From positions 1-64,000 of IMG/VR virus record IMGVR_UViG_3300028800_000002: a DNA stretch of 64,000 bases; one strand, written 5' to 3'. The DNA is from a virus. A model generated the notes under the pieces. It did no database searches and was not told the origin of the DNA. It worked only from the letters and a program-made list of their open reading frames with translations. Below, piece after piece: positions 52,060 to 62,900 of this stretch. The position numbers and the translations under genes are program-made. Positions within the stretch are counted from its first letter, which is position 1. Every line of letters begins with the position of its first letter.

Positions 52060-54186
52060 ATGTTCCATCGACTAAACGTTCCCTCGTACTACGGCGGTCT
52101 ACCCGCGGGCTTCGACTACATCAACACCCCATCCTTGAGCGGAGGAAGTGGCGCCCCAGCCTACATGGACAACAAGAAGGCGGGAGGTCCAAACGATGGC
52201 ACGTACATGGTGGCTTTCGGGGAGGATGCCACGAGTAATTTTGCCAACCGCGGGATCAAGGCCGTCTCTGAAAACACCGACATACTTGATGACTTGCTGC
52301 GCAGGGATCTGGCGATTAGCGCTCGAACTGCGAATGTGACGGCAGGCAGTCCTGTAAGCAGTGTCACCATCACTGGGCAGGTCTTCGTAGCCACCTTTGG
52401 CACCCCCAATAACCAAGACCAGCGGGATCAGCTCATCAGCGTGCTGGATAGTAATGACGAGGAGATTCTAGATTCGTCTGGAGCGAAAGTAGTAGCCATC
52501 TCTATCGTTGACAACAACGTTAGCTCCACAAACCTAGTTGGAACTCAGGCATCTGGGTTTTTCGGGACTCCTACTATCAACTTCAACACGTCAATTCCTG
52601 CCGGTGTGACTTACCGCATTTATTACGGGGAGCGCAGCAATCTAGCCTCCCTTCCGCAGAATGCATTCACGACGATCAAGATTCGAGGGGCTCAGGAGGT
52701 TTCCGCCGACATTGAGCGCACGCTTCGTTCACTGCACTCCAGTTACGAGACTACATGGGATGCACCTTGGGATGCCTCTATTCGTTCTCTCACGCAGACC
52801 GGGTTGGATGGGCGTTACCGTCTTTCCACCGTGGATACGTCCGACCCGTACTCAGCGAATAGCGCAGGTGCCGGTGGGTACATCAAACGGGATGGACCTG
52901 CCCCGTATATCTCGCAACCTGCCTATGATCTTAGCCAATTTGGGCAGATAGGTGGTGGTGCCTACTACCCTGACCCGATCATGGCCTCATGGCGGCTGAC
53001 ATCGCAGAGAACCAACGTTGCCTCTAACTACAACAACTCTTTCGGGGGTGATGTAGGTCTTTTTCAAGAGTCTCCATTTCACAGCACTTCGGATGTGAAC
53101 GAACATGCAGGTGATCGCGTGGCTGGCCCACTAGTGTATGACGTTACCCCGAGAACGTTTACTGCATCCACTCTCGGAGGCAACCAAGTAATTACGCGAA
53201 TCACACCCAACTTCTTAGCCACAGTGAACCCGGATGCCACCAATACGGTGGATGGCAGGCGCACAGTTCAAGTATCGGTTAGTGACTACCTAAGGGACGG
53301 CTCAGGCAACATCGCAATTCGCTCTACTGACTTGATCGAGGTGAGTGAGCCAGGCACTGGGGTAATCATCGGTGTTTTCCGTGTTGATACTGTCTTGAGC
53401 GCCTCTAGGATGACGTTGCGCACGCTGCCCGGAGCCTATCCGCACATAGGTGCCGCTAATACTGCATCGAATGTGCTGCTGCGGTGGCTTCAACCAACGA
53501 TGCAACTAGGTGGCAGGTACCGAGACGCTACTGATGGGAGTCAAGGATTTCCGTACTTCACCGTGGCGGCACCTTCCCCAGCAGTAAATGCATGGAGTTC
53601 TAACAGGGGCACGCTCAATGCCGTGTTCTTGTCCGCCATTATGGATCGGACTCTCATAAGTGGTGGAGGTGGCTCACTCTACAACTCAATGGCTTGGGGC
53701 GGCTTCGGATCATCCGGGTATTGGTTTGTAAGTGGGCAACTAGATGGTGATGGCAGCATTTCTACAACTGGTGGCAAGCAGCGTTTCAACATCATAGGGC
53801 GGCGCACATACAACTATGCCCTTGGCGAGGGTGGAAGATCTGTTGTTTGGGATCCCTACGTAAACGGCAGCCAGGTGCACATCTACACGAGCTCAGCTCT
53901 TACAACGGTCTCTCCAGTGGTGTTTTCTGTTAGCACCACTAGCGGGTACATCCCGACAGCTGGAGATGAGTTCGACTTGTTCTTCACGGTTTTGGCCACC
54001 ACAGCCCCTGGCACACTCAGCATCACGTGGCCATCGGACTTCGTGTTCAGCGGTAATGATGATGAGGTCCCAGACGGTTACCCAATCTTTGGCCCTAGCC
54101 CGGCGACTATAACGATTCATTACAAGTTCCGGTACTTGGCGACGCCAAGTGCCACTGGTTGGTACGCCACTCGTACCGACTTCTAA
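52060..54186 (+). CDS. Tail fibre-like structural protein
   Basis: 708 aa, S/T/G-rich beta; follows the baseplate genes. Confidence 0.6.
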   Translation: MFHRLNVPSYYGGLPAGFDYINTPSLSGGSGAPAYMDNKKAGGPNDGTYMVAFGEDATSNFANRGIKAVSENTDILDDLLRRDLAISARTANVTAGSPVSSVTITGQVFVATFGTPNNQDQRDQLISVLDSNDEEILDSSGAKVVAISIVDNNVSSTNLVGTQASGFFGTPTINFNTSIPAGVTYRIYYGERSNLASLPQNAFTTIKIRGAQEVSADIERTLRSLHSSYETTWDAPWDASIRSLTQTGLDGRYRLSTVDTSDPYSANSAGAGGYIKRDGPAPYISQPAYDLSQFGQIGGGAYYPDPIMASWRLTSQRTNVASNYNNSFGGDVGLFQESPFHSTSDVNEHAGDRVAGPLVYDVTPRTFTASTLGGNQVITRITPNFLATVNPDATNTVDGRRTVQVSVSDYLRDGSGNIAIRSTDLIEVSEPGTGVIIGVFRVDTVLSASRMTLRTLPGAYPHIGAANTASNVLLRWLQPTMQLGGRYRDATDGSQGFPYFTVAAPSPAVNAWSSNRGTLNAVFLSAIMDRTLISGGGGSLYNSMAWGGFGSSGYWFVSGQLDGDGSISTTGGKQRFNIIGRRTYNYALGEGGRSVVWDPYVNGSQVHIYTSSALTTVSPVVFSVSTTSGYIPTAGDEFDLFFTVLATTAPGTLSITWPSDFVFSGNDDEVPDGYPIFGPSPATITIHYKFRYLATPSATGWYATRTDF

Positions 54187-54200
54187 CAGAAAGTGTTGCC

Positions 54201-54539
54201 ATGGCCATTTACAATTTCATTCAGCAGGTTTTCGATTCGAACCCGAAGATGGCCTCGTCCATATTGACGTTTTTAGGGTTGATGTTCACCACATGGCTAG
54301 CCAGGTACAAGATTGCCCCTTCCAATTGGATATTGATTGCAGCCAGGGTCTTCCTGGGGGCAGTCTTCGATCAGATTCATCCAGCAGCGTTCAAGAAGTT
54401 GGCTTTGGCTTCGCGTAAAGCACAGCTTTCCAGGAAGCTGAAAGTCGCCACTGCTAAGTTAGAGAAGTCAGAGTCTCCTGTAGAAGTTCCTGCAGGATCT
54501 GACACCACAGTGATTACGGAGAAGGATGTATTGTCATGA
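54201..54539 (+). CDS. Holin-like membrane protein
   Basis: Hydrophobic segments SILTFLGLMFTTWLA and WILIAARVFLGAVF; charged C-terminal tail. Confidence 0.5.
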   Translation: MAIYNFIQQVFDSNPKMASSILTFLGLMFTTWLARYKIAPSNWILIAARVFLGAVFDQIHPAAFKKLALASRKAQLSRKLKVATAKLEKSESPVEVPAGSDTTVITEKDVLS

Positions 54540-55033
54540 ATAAGTTGAGACTACTATTTTTGATGCTCATGTCTGCCCTACTGGGCACAGGTTGCGCGGG
54601 CGTTACAAAGCAGCTCACCGCGATTACGGTGCTCGAGCACTCAGCACTAGGCTACGTGCAGGATTTGACCACCATAGCCACTGAGGCGGTAGCTCTTCTG
54701 CCCGTGGATCAACAGGCGGCTCGGCGCGCACAGATTACTGCAGCATCTGCAGCCATTACCACGGCCATGTCGGCGAAGGATGTAGCCATGCAAGATGCGG
54801 CTGCAGCCAACAGCTTGGCTGGTATCGACTTTGGGAAACTGACCCAAGATGTGATCACTGCCGTACAGGCATTTGTTGCCTTGGTAGATTTGATTGGCAA
54901 CGATGTGGCCTCTACTAAGGCAGTGGCCGGCGCACCTACTGATGTCGTGCAGAAGTTGCACAAGAGTACTCAGGAGGTGAGTGCCGCGCTCATTGTGCAG
55001 CAGATGCGAGTAAAGGCGGCCTTGGCCCAATGA
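54536..55033 (+). CDS. Ala-rich helical lipoprotein (spanin-like, tentative)
   Basis: Signal MNKLRLLFLMLMSALLGTG-C; ATGA overlap. Confidence 0.6.
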   Translation: MNKLRLLFLMLMSALLGTGCAGVTKQLTAITVLEHSALGYVQDLTTIATEAVALLPVDQQAARRAQITAASAAITTAMSAKDVAMQDAAAANSLAGIDFGKLTQDVITAVQAFVALVDLIGNDVASTKAVAGAPTDVVQKLHKSTQEVSAALIVQQMRVKAALAQ

Positions 55034-55365
55034 AGTGGCTGGCCGTCGTATTGATGGCTGGGTTGATGGGGTCATGCATAGTGACCCCAGCTCCTAACCC
55101 TATTCCTCCACCCGATCTTGGCACCGGAGGCTCGCCTCCAGTATGGGATGCAGGTGGTTCCCCTTGCGATGTGATGTGCGCCAACTTGGCGGCAATTTCA
55201 TGCCCCGAGGGAGTTGATATCAATTGCGTCCCGTTGTGCATCACCATTACGACTGATACACGATTCTCGCCAACGGCGGGGGACGCCGCGCACTTCTTGG
55301 AATGTAGAACCAATGCGAAAACACAGGCGCAGGCCCAGCAATGTGGTCCCGCTAGCTGCAGGTGA
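55030..55365 (+). CDS. Cys-rich lipoprotein
   Basis: MKWLAVVLMAGLMGS-C; Pro-rich linker; Cys-rich domain; ATGA overlap. Confidence 0.65.
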   Translation: MKWLAVVLMAGLMGSCIVTPAPNPIPPPDLGTGGSPPVWDAGGSPCDVMCANLAAISCPEGVDINCVPLCITITTDTRFSPTAGDAAHFLECRTNAKTQAQAQQCGPASCR

Positions 55366-55369
55366 TGAA

Positions 55370-56110
55370 ATGAAGTTTGGAGCAATTCCGACACCGGCGC
55401 ACATCTTGGCTAAGGTTCCTTACATCCACAGCTACATGGATGAGGAACTTGCCCCCTTGATTCCAAATCAGACCATTTATTCAGCGGCTGTGAAGGGACA
55501 ATGGGGAGACCTAGGGAACATTCATTACAGCGATTGTATTTTCGCTGGCTTCGGTCATTACAAGCAATGCACTAGCGTGAATGCCAGCGGGGTGCAGGCT
55601 GTTGTAACGACCGATCAAGTCCTTGGCTGGTACAGCGACGTCAAGGGTTTTGTCAAAGGTGATCCAGCCACAGATAACGGGGCATACCCGATTGAGGCCT
55701 TGAACTACTTCGTCGATAGGAAAGAGATCGTTGCCTATGCACGCGTGAATCTATTAGATCCAGCATGCGTGGCTCGAGCCGTAAATCTCTTCGGTGGTAT
55801 CTACACGGTAGTGACAATGCCAACCGCCTGGAAGACATCAGTCGTTTGGGGAGCAGGGCCTAATAGAAGCGGAGTCTGGGCTCCTGGCTCTTGGGGAAAT
55901 CATTGTCTTTACGTCCCAGACTACAACTCCTCCATGACGCTGAACTCGGTGTCTTGGGGCACAATTTATCCCATCACCGAGGACGGCTATGAGGCGTATA
56001 TGCCCGAGGCCTACGTACTGCTCAGTGACTACTGGGTAAACACCATCGGGAAGACTATTCAAGGGTTCGATTTGAGTAGCCTCACAGATGCAATCAAGCT
56101 AGTCGCGTAA
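55370..56110 (+). CDS. Papain-like cysteine peptidase
   Basis: LGNIHYSDCIFA (Cys), DNGAYPIEAL, GNHCLYVPDY (His), NSVSWG. Confidence 0.6.
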   Translation: MKFGAIPTPAHILAKVPYIHSYMDEELAPLIPNQTIYSAAVKGQWGDLGNIHYSDCIFAGFGHYKQCTSVNASGVQAVVTTDQVLGWYSDVKGFVKGDPATDNGAYPIEALNYFVDRKEIVAYARVNLLDPACVARAVNLFGGIYTVVTMPTAWKTSVVWGAGPNRSGVWAPGSWGNHCLYVPDYNSSMTLNSVSWGTIYPITEDGYEAYMPEAYVLLSDYWVNTIGKTIQGFDLSSLTDAIKLVA

Positions 56111-56132
56111 CAAGGAAGCAAAGGCGTACGAG

Positions 56133-57080
56133 ATGGATCACGGTTCAAACACACCAGCAAACGGCATCCATGGCGTGATAGCCCTCCCGTACGCCAATGC
56201 GGCTGCTCGTTTAGCAGTCGCTAGCTTTCCCACCACGTATTTGTACCGGGTCGCCATCGACGAAGACACAGAGCTGCAATGGCTTCTCGCAAGTGTTTCT
56301 CCTGCGCGATGGATCCCACTTGGTTCAATTGCCACTGGTCTAAGGGCCACCGCAATTGCCATTTCAACAGAGAACATCAGCAGCCTTTCTGGATTAGACA
56401 AGATTGCTGATGGCGTAACCCTAGACACAGATGGGTATAGAGTGCTGCTCGACGGGCAAGATACTGCCACGCAGAATGGTCTCTGGGAGGTGCATGAGCT
56501 TGCTTGGGTTCGATCTTCCGACTACTCCGCGAACACCCACGTATCGGGGTCTATTGTTCCGATCTTGTCAGGTGTGACGTACAAAGGAACCTTGTGGATG
56601 TGCGACGCACCCGCAGGCTCTGATGTAGTTGGTACAGACAATCTGCACTTTGTTTGCGTAGGTGGGGCTCCAACGAACATCAAGGTTTCGTTCGACATAG
56701 ATTTGACGGTGGCAGGCAATGTGGTCATAGACACTCGCCCGGCAGTACCTACAGGACCTGGCAGATGGAAGTTGGTCTCCATTGATCTGCGTATAAAGGA
56801 GGCGTTATCAGGTGGTACTGCCCCTGTGGCACATCTAACCATTGGCTCGGAGTCAGCGGGGAATCAAGTAGTTACTGATCAAACCATCAATGAATCAGTT
56901 GCCGTGGGGAGCATCATAGGTGGTTTCGCCCTTTCCTCTTTAGGCTCAGATATGTCGCAATCTACTGGGTTTGAGGCCATGTACCCCGCGGAGCAGCAGC
57001 TTTTTGCTGGTGTATCTAACACAGGGGTGCCAACAGCTGGTGTAGTGACTGCCGTCATGATCTGGAATGCAATGCCGTGA
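56133..57080 (+). CDS. Tail/fibre structural protein
   Basis: DGVTLDTDGYRVLLDGQ..QNGLW...WVRSSD segment typical of phage fibre proteins. Confidence 0.65.
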   Translation: MDHGSNTPANGIHGVIALPYANAAARLAVASFPTTYLYRVAIDEDTELQWLLASVSPARWIPLGSIATGLRATAIAISTENISSLSGLDKIADGVTLDTDGYRVLLDGQDTATQNGLWEVHELAWVRSSDYSANTHVSGSIVPILSGVTYKGTLWMCDAPAGSDVVGTDNLHFVCVGGAPTNIKVSFDIDLTVAGNVVIDTRPAVPTGPGRWKLVSIDLRIKEALSGGTAPVAHLTIGSESAGNQVVTDQTINESVAVGSIIGGFALSSLGSDMSQSTGFEAMYPAEQQLFAGVSNTGVPTAGVVTAVMIWNAMP

Positions 57081-57092
57081 AGGAGCTAGGGG

Positions 57093-58115
57093 ATGCCACG
57101 TAAGTTTTTGTACACCCTTCACGCGCTGGTTTCCAATTACTCATCAAATTTGGTGACGCACTTGCTGCGTGACGGCGCAGGAGCCTGGTCAGTGATTGAG
57201 AATATCACTGCTGGTCCTACCTCAAATAACCTGTCATCTATTGCCTGTAATATTCAGGGTTCTCGTGTGCTGTTTGCTAACTACCCTTCTGGGACTGTAG
57301 TTCCATTAGGATTTTCCGGTAGTACTTGGGTTCCAGGTGCCCCCGTTTCAGCCCTTGGTGGAGGAAACATCTCCGCAGTAGCTATGTCCGATGACGGTAA
57401 GCACTCATTAGCGTCCGGGGATTTCACCGCTGATGTTTCTCCATTCGAGTTCGATGACAGCTCTGGTCTTTGGGTTGCTCAAGCTCCTGTTGTACTTCCG
57501 TCTTCGCACCTGAACACTGTAGGCATGTCCCGCGATGGGTCACGAGCTATGGCAGTCCCAAAGTATGACGATGCTGCATATCCACTTTTCCGTAACCCAG
57601 GCACAGGTACTTGGACTGCGGGAAGCGGTATGCCCATAAACGTCTCCTCTGAGAGGTTCTTCTCGGCAGGGTTCTCTCACGATGGCGATACTGTCGTTGT
57701 GGCGAGTAACTATGCGAGTTCTGACTCAGACGGCTTCGTCTGGAATGGCAGTGGCTGGGATCATGTAGCCGTGCCGTTCTCGTTGAACAGCACCTCTTGG
57801 CGCCCCGATGGGCTGTCTGTGCTTGGCGGCAATGGCGCGGGTGCGCCCGGTTCAATTACAGCGATCAACTATGATCCTGTGTCCCATGTATTTTCCTCTG
57901 GTCAGGTTATTAGCGTCCCCGGATCAGGCATTGCGCTCAAGACTGCTTTAGCCAACGATGGAATTGGCGATGCCGGTTTGGTTGCAGACTTCACGAGAAG
58001 TCAGGTTTTTCCTCTTGATTACTCGCGCAGTACAGGCCTTTGGTCGTTAGGGGATCCCATCACCAGCTTGCTTTTCTCCAACCCATGGAACATCCTGGTC
58101 TTCCCAGTCTGGTGA
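57093..58115 (+). CDS. Beta-propeller protein (WD40/YVTN-like)
   Basis: Blade motifs AMSDDGKH, GMSRDGSRA, GFSHDGDT, SWRPDGLS. Confidence 0.7.
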   Translation: MPRKFLYTLHALVSNYSSNLVTHLLRDGAGAWSVIENITAGPTSNNLSSIACNIQGSRVLFANYPSGTVVPLGFSGSTWVPGAPVSALGGGNISAVAMSDDGKHSLASGDFTADVSPFEFDDSSGLWVAQAPVVLPSSHLNTVGMSRDGSRAMAVPKYDDAAYPLFRNPGTGTWTAGSGMPINVSSERFFSAGFSHDGDTVVVASNYASSDSDGFVWNGSGWDHVAVPFSLNSTSWRPDGLSVLGGNGAGAPGSITAINYDPVSHVFSSGQVISVPGSGIALKTALANDGIGDAGLVADFTRSQVFPLDYSRSTGLWSLGDPITSLLFSNPWNILVFPVW

Positions 58116-58118
58116 GCA

Positions 58119-59303
58119 ATGACCGACTTGGTTGAAGTTTGGAATGAGACTACTGGCCCGCGGATGGTTGATACATCCGAGTTCGGTGGTGGCGGCACAG
58201 GTAGTGGTCCTCCGGGACCAACCGGTCCGCGTGGAGCGACTGGAGCGACTGGGCCTGCTGGAGCCACCGGAGCTACTGGCCCAGCTGGTGCTCGAGGTGC
58301 CACCGGTGCAACTGGGTCTACAGGTGAGCAGGGTATCGCGGGCGCCACTGGAGCTACGGGCCCTGCGGGTGCAACTGGTGCCACAGGCCCTGCTGGAGCC
58401 ACTGGGGCAACCGGTGCGACAGGTGCGACAGGATCTGCGGGTGCGACGGGTGCCACTGGAGCAACTGGTGCGACCGGTGCGACCGGTAATACAGGTCCTG
58501 CCGGAGGCGGTGGTACTTACCCAGGGACGTACACGTACGCGACGCTTCCTAGCGCGGTAACGGCAGGAATTGGTGCGCAGCAGATCGTGTCTGATGTGCC
58601 TGATTGTGTTTTCATTTCGAACGGAACGTCTTGGCAGCCATTCTGCAGCGGAGTCCCTGTAACTCCACCATCAATACCAGTCTCAGCGTTGACTGCATAC
58701 AACTCAAATGCAGCCACTGTGCTCACGCAGGAGGGCCCGTTCTGGAGATATACTTCGTCCGAGTCGCTAAACAACACACTCCGTGCTTGGATGGTTGGCC
58801 CTATCGCAAAGGATGCAAATGGCCAGTACAGCATTGAACTCGGCATAGATTCGGCAGACACCCTTATGCTGCTACCCTTTGGTACACTTGGGATTTTTGC
58901 CACGGACTCAACTCAAGGTTGTACTTGGTTTTGGTACACTCAGCCTTCCGGTGAGCAGGGCATGTCGTCCCACTATTTTTCTCCAGTACCTTTTTATGCG
59001 TCGTCTTCCGGGACCACTCCGGCGGGCCTTTCTAGAACGCTAAGATTCATACGACTTGGCTGCATTATTGGTCCAACTTATCTCATTGATCTATCAGTGG
59101 ATGGCGTGCATTGGGTTCGTGTTTTCAGCGGGGGTGGTTGGAACATCAACTTTGGTGCTCCTGTGATAGTTACTGACTTTGGCGTTGGTATTGATAATTC
59201 TGTGAACTACTCGAATGGCGTAGCCTCTGGGACCAGCAGGACATATGCTCGTATTTGCCACTTAGTGCAGACGGCAGGACCCCCACCTGCTCCTATCCTA
59301 TGA
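58119..59303 (+). CDS. Collagen-like tail fibre protein
   Basis: About 30 Gly-X-Y triplets (GAT/GPA) followed by a beta-sandwich C-terminus. Confidence 0.85.
   Translation: MTDLVEVWNETTGPRMVDTSEFGGGGTGSGPPGPTGPRGATGATGPAGATGATGPAGARGATGATGSTGEQGIAGATGATGPAGATGATGPAGATGATGATGATGSAGATGATGATGATGATGNTGPAGGGGTYPGTYTYATLPSAVTAGIGAQQIVSDVPDCVFISNGTSWQPFCSGVPVTPPSIPVSALTAYNSNAATVLTQEGPFWRYTSSESLNNTLRAWMVGPIAKDANGQYSIELGIDSADTLMLLPFGTLGIFATDSTQGCTWFWYTQPSGEQGMSSHYFSPVPFYASSSGTTPAGLSRTLRFIRLGCIIGPTYLIDLSVDGVHWVRVFSGGGWNINFGAPVIVTDFGVGIDNSVNYSNGVASGTSRTYARICHLVQTAGPPPAPIL
58205..58505 (+). repeat. Degenerate 9-bp repeats encoding collagen G-X-Y
   Basis: ggtgcgacc/ggagctact/ggtgccact units. Confidence 0.85.
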
Positions 59304-59364
59304 CGGCTTTCCGCCAGTTTTGCTGGTATACTAGCGGCTGTATTGGGCTGCAAAGAGCTACTCC

Positions 59365-59904
59365 ATGATAGTCATTCAAAAGTACGCCACAGTGGCCGAG
59401 GCCAGGTTCAAGATCAGCGGGGGTATCGTTGGCGGTGTCAAGACCAATGAGCCATTTGGAGGCCTGGTGGGCACCACCATCACGTTTCTCAATCCCGCTG
59501 GGCATTGTACTTTTTCCCCAGCAACTGTTGCCGGATTTGGCCAGCTTCTTTTCTCAGACGTAAAGTCTCAGATTGAAGCATCTGCAGGGCTATCGAATGT
59601 AGATGTGGTGACTATCAACAACGTGTTGGGATTCAGGCATAGAGTCAGCGGGCAGTCTATCAAGTTGGACGCTGCGGATGAATCGGCCCGCACAATTCTT
59701 GGCTTCGAAAACAACAGTTACATCGGTGGGGTTTCCCTAAATGGACCATCCGGCGCACTGCCGAAGTACCTTGAAATGGTGACCGAGAACGGCGCCGTGT
59801 ACGTGTCAGCGGAGATTGCTGCCGATGACACAGAGTCAGCGATGTCTTTCGGTGGAAGTTACGCGGTTTCTATGGGCGGCGAACAAGCAAGGGCAAATGG
59901 TTGA
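59365..59904 (+). CDS. Structural hypothetical protein
   Basis: In the tail cluster; TGGTATACT upstream. Confidence 0.65.
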   Translation: MIVIQKYATVAEARFKISGGIVGGVKTNEPFGGLVGTTITFLNPAGHCTFSPATVAGFGQLLFSDVKSQIEASAGLSNVDVVTINNVLGFRHRVSGQSIKLDAADESARTILGFENNSYIGGVSLNGPSGALPKYLEMVTENGAVYVSAEIAADDTESAMSFGGSYAVSMGGEQARANG

Positions 59905-59907
59905 ACG

Positions 59908-62900
59908 ATGTCTGAAAAACTTTTAGCTGATTGGTCTGAAGCCGACGGCATCCCTCGGTCCATTGCATTGACGGTGGCTAGCTACGCAGCGCTGATGGCT
60001 GCCACTGCGTTCCCTGGGAAAGCAGCGTTTGACGTCAGTGATCAGGCGAAGCTGGTAGAACTTGCAGATTGCCGACAGGTATGGAGGATGACAGCGTTCT
60101 CCCCACCTGCGTGGGATCTGGATGACGCAGGGCCCGACGATCATACGGCAGACTTCCAGGTGATTGGGGTGCTGGCAAGCTTGACCGGCTTAGCCTCCAA
60201 TGCGTTTGATGTAGGAAATGGGACGTTAGCTGCCGGAAAACGAGTTTTGTCGGTGGTCCCTGGTGGTTACCAAGGACTCTTCATTCTGTCGGCGAATGGC
60301 TCAAATTGGGATTTGACTAGAGCTCCTGATCTGTCTGCCGATGGGCAGGTGATCAATGGTGCTGCGGTGACAGTCCGCTTCGGTCAATTCTCAGGTAACT
60401 TATACGTTCAACTAGGGACGTCGCTGTCCACCTTGTCTTACGCAGCCCCTAGCAACTTGTCAACGTCAGCTGCCCCCACGCTCACAGGCCCATCATCGAC
60501 ACTATTTGACTTTAGCCAGTCCCAGACGGTCGAGATCATACCTCTGGCTGGGAATAATCCGGTGGCAGGTACTTGGGAAACTCTCACTGGTTTGACAGCC
60601 TCCAATGGACAACCTGATGCTGATGGGATTCCCAGGGCTACGGCTTTTACGGAGACAGGCACTGGCGTGAGGGTGGCTAACCATACACCCGGCAACGTCC
60701 CACAAGCAGGTTGGGTTCGCGCTAAGTTCTCATATCTCCCTGGGCCTGCGTTTGACCCGAAGCACCTGATCTTCATGATCTCCGGGTACCATTGGCTGCT
60801 GTTGCCCACGCTACAGAGTCTGAAGTATCCGGGCAGTGACGCGAACTACACCGTCTATGGGTTGAACGGGACGGTGTTGTACTACTACGGGTTCAAGTTT
60901 ACACCCCGTGGTAAGTGGATTGACTGTGAGTATGAAACGAACATAGCGGCTGCCCACGTGGACGTTGCTCAATTTTGTTCTTTTACCACGCGTGGAGTGT
61001 CGGCTGCCGCTAGGGCAGGCGTGATTATTTCTGCAAGCAATGTGCAGCTGCAACAGGATCGCGTTGTGTCCGTGACGCCTGTACGAGGAAGCACCGATTC
61101 TCTTTTAGCCCAGAGCACCGACACTGCTCGTCCTGTACTTGCACCTGATATTTGGTTTGGGCATCCGGCGTTGGTTGAGGGCTATGGGAACAATTGCGCT
61201 CTTACCAAAGATATAGCTGCTTGCACACTAGCAACAGTTGGCGTGGTCATTTGGGTGGGATGCATACATCCGTCGACTACCTCTAGGCAGATTTATTCTC
61301 TCAACGGCACCGTCAGTAGACTTGCGCCGGAGGTAGATCCGACGGGTTTCTGGAGAATATCGCGTACCGATGATGCTGGTGTGACGACCTCTCACCTTAC
61401 AACGCATCCTGTTGCTCCTGTTCCGGTGCATGTTGAAATTGAGCAGGGGCCTACTTCAGCGACTCTATACATCGATGGGTTACCAGCGTCTGGCGGTGTG
61501 CTGGCCACATCCACCGTAGCCACGTTTACGAGTCACACGTTATTCGGAGGAGATTCACAATCTGTTGTTGAAACGCTTTCTGAGGCGTTTGGCATGGCAT
61601 TGACTGCCGCCCAAGTTGCCTCGCAATGCGCTGAAATGCGTGCTATGGCCTATCTTCCTGCGAAATGGCCTGCACTGCTCAACTCTGGTCAGAGCAATGC
61701 TGTTACTGTGAAGGGAACTACAAAAGCCTTGGTGGGTAATGGGATCTTCGCGCACCCAGGGTACGCCTTGTATGCTGGAGACAACGGTGGCTACGCCACA
61801 ACGACTGGGTGGGATACTGATCCCATCACGGGCCCAACTGGTGGTGTAGGCATACGCCTTGGGTGGCAGGCAGAAGCACAGAAGAATAACCAGCCGGCAA
61901 TTGCTATCAATATTGCGCATGGTGGCGCCGCCATTACAGCCTGGGAGCCAGGCGGGGCGGATTATGACTACATAGCCACTACACTTGCCACAGCGTTAGC
62001 ATCCTTTGGAACTCATCTGATTAGCGTCGAGGACATATTTTGGACACAGGGTGAGTACGAATCCAATGACCCCGGTACGGTTGCAGGGTATTACGCTGGA
62101 AAGCTTACGGCACTGATAGCCTACTTGCGTAGTTTGCCAGGGGTCAACCCCAATGCTTCGTTTGGGATTCATCGCGTCAATGAGTGGCTTGGCCCCGGAA
62201 CATTGGTCCCCGTTGTTTCTTACATGAGCTCGGCCCTTGTTAGAGCGGATGAGGATTTAGTAGCCGCCACGGTACCTAATTGCTACAAGACTGACCTCAG
62301 TGGTGGTGCTCAGACCAATTGGTGCGTGCACTACTCCCCTGCACAATGCATTGAGATCGGTCGCATTGCTTGGCGGACGCGTCATCGGCAGCCAGCCAGA
62401 ATACAAATTATCGAGGCGGACAGGCCGCAGCGCGGTACCTGGGGAGCAACAGGCGGCTGCTTTGATTTTGAGCACAACGTTGTACTGTCTGGCACGAATG
62501 TTGTGTCGGTGGCCAGTACTGAGGGTACCGCCATTCTTACATCGGCTGGGTCCCCCGTGTTGACCACGGACCCATTGGGAGGCAAGAAGCGGGTCACTGT
62601 TGCTGCAGGTCGCTACCTGCAGAGTTTGGATTCTGTACGGTGGGGTGTCTATTCAGGTGCATCGTCATTCCTTATGGGCATGCTGTGGTGGATTGGCTCC
62701 GGTGGCGAGGAGAATTATGCAGTGCTGTCTTCTCTTGATATTAGTAATTCAGCGTTTCTCATCAAGAGCAACACCATCTATCGTCAAGCGTACAGGAACG
62801 GTGGAGGGTCGGCGCTGGTATTTGATGCCCCAGCAGTAGCAGCGCCAGGAACACAGCAATGGGCCGTATACGGCGGTGATGGGACCAATCTATTCGCCAT

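Noticed and set aside
58019-58560. ORFs 58019-58456(-) and 58132-58560(+)
   Set aside because: Shadow frames produced by the collagen repeat.
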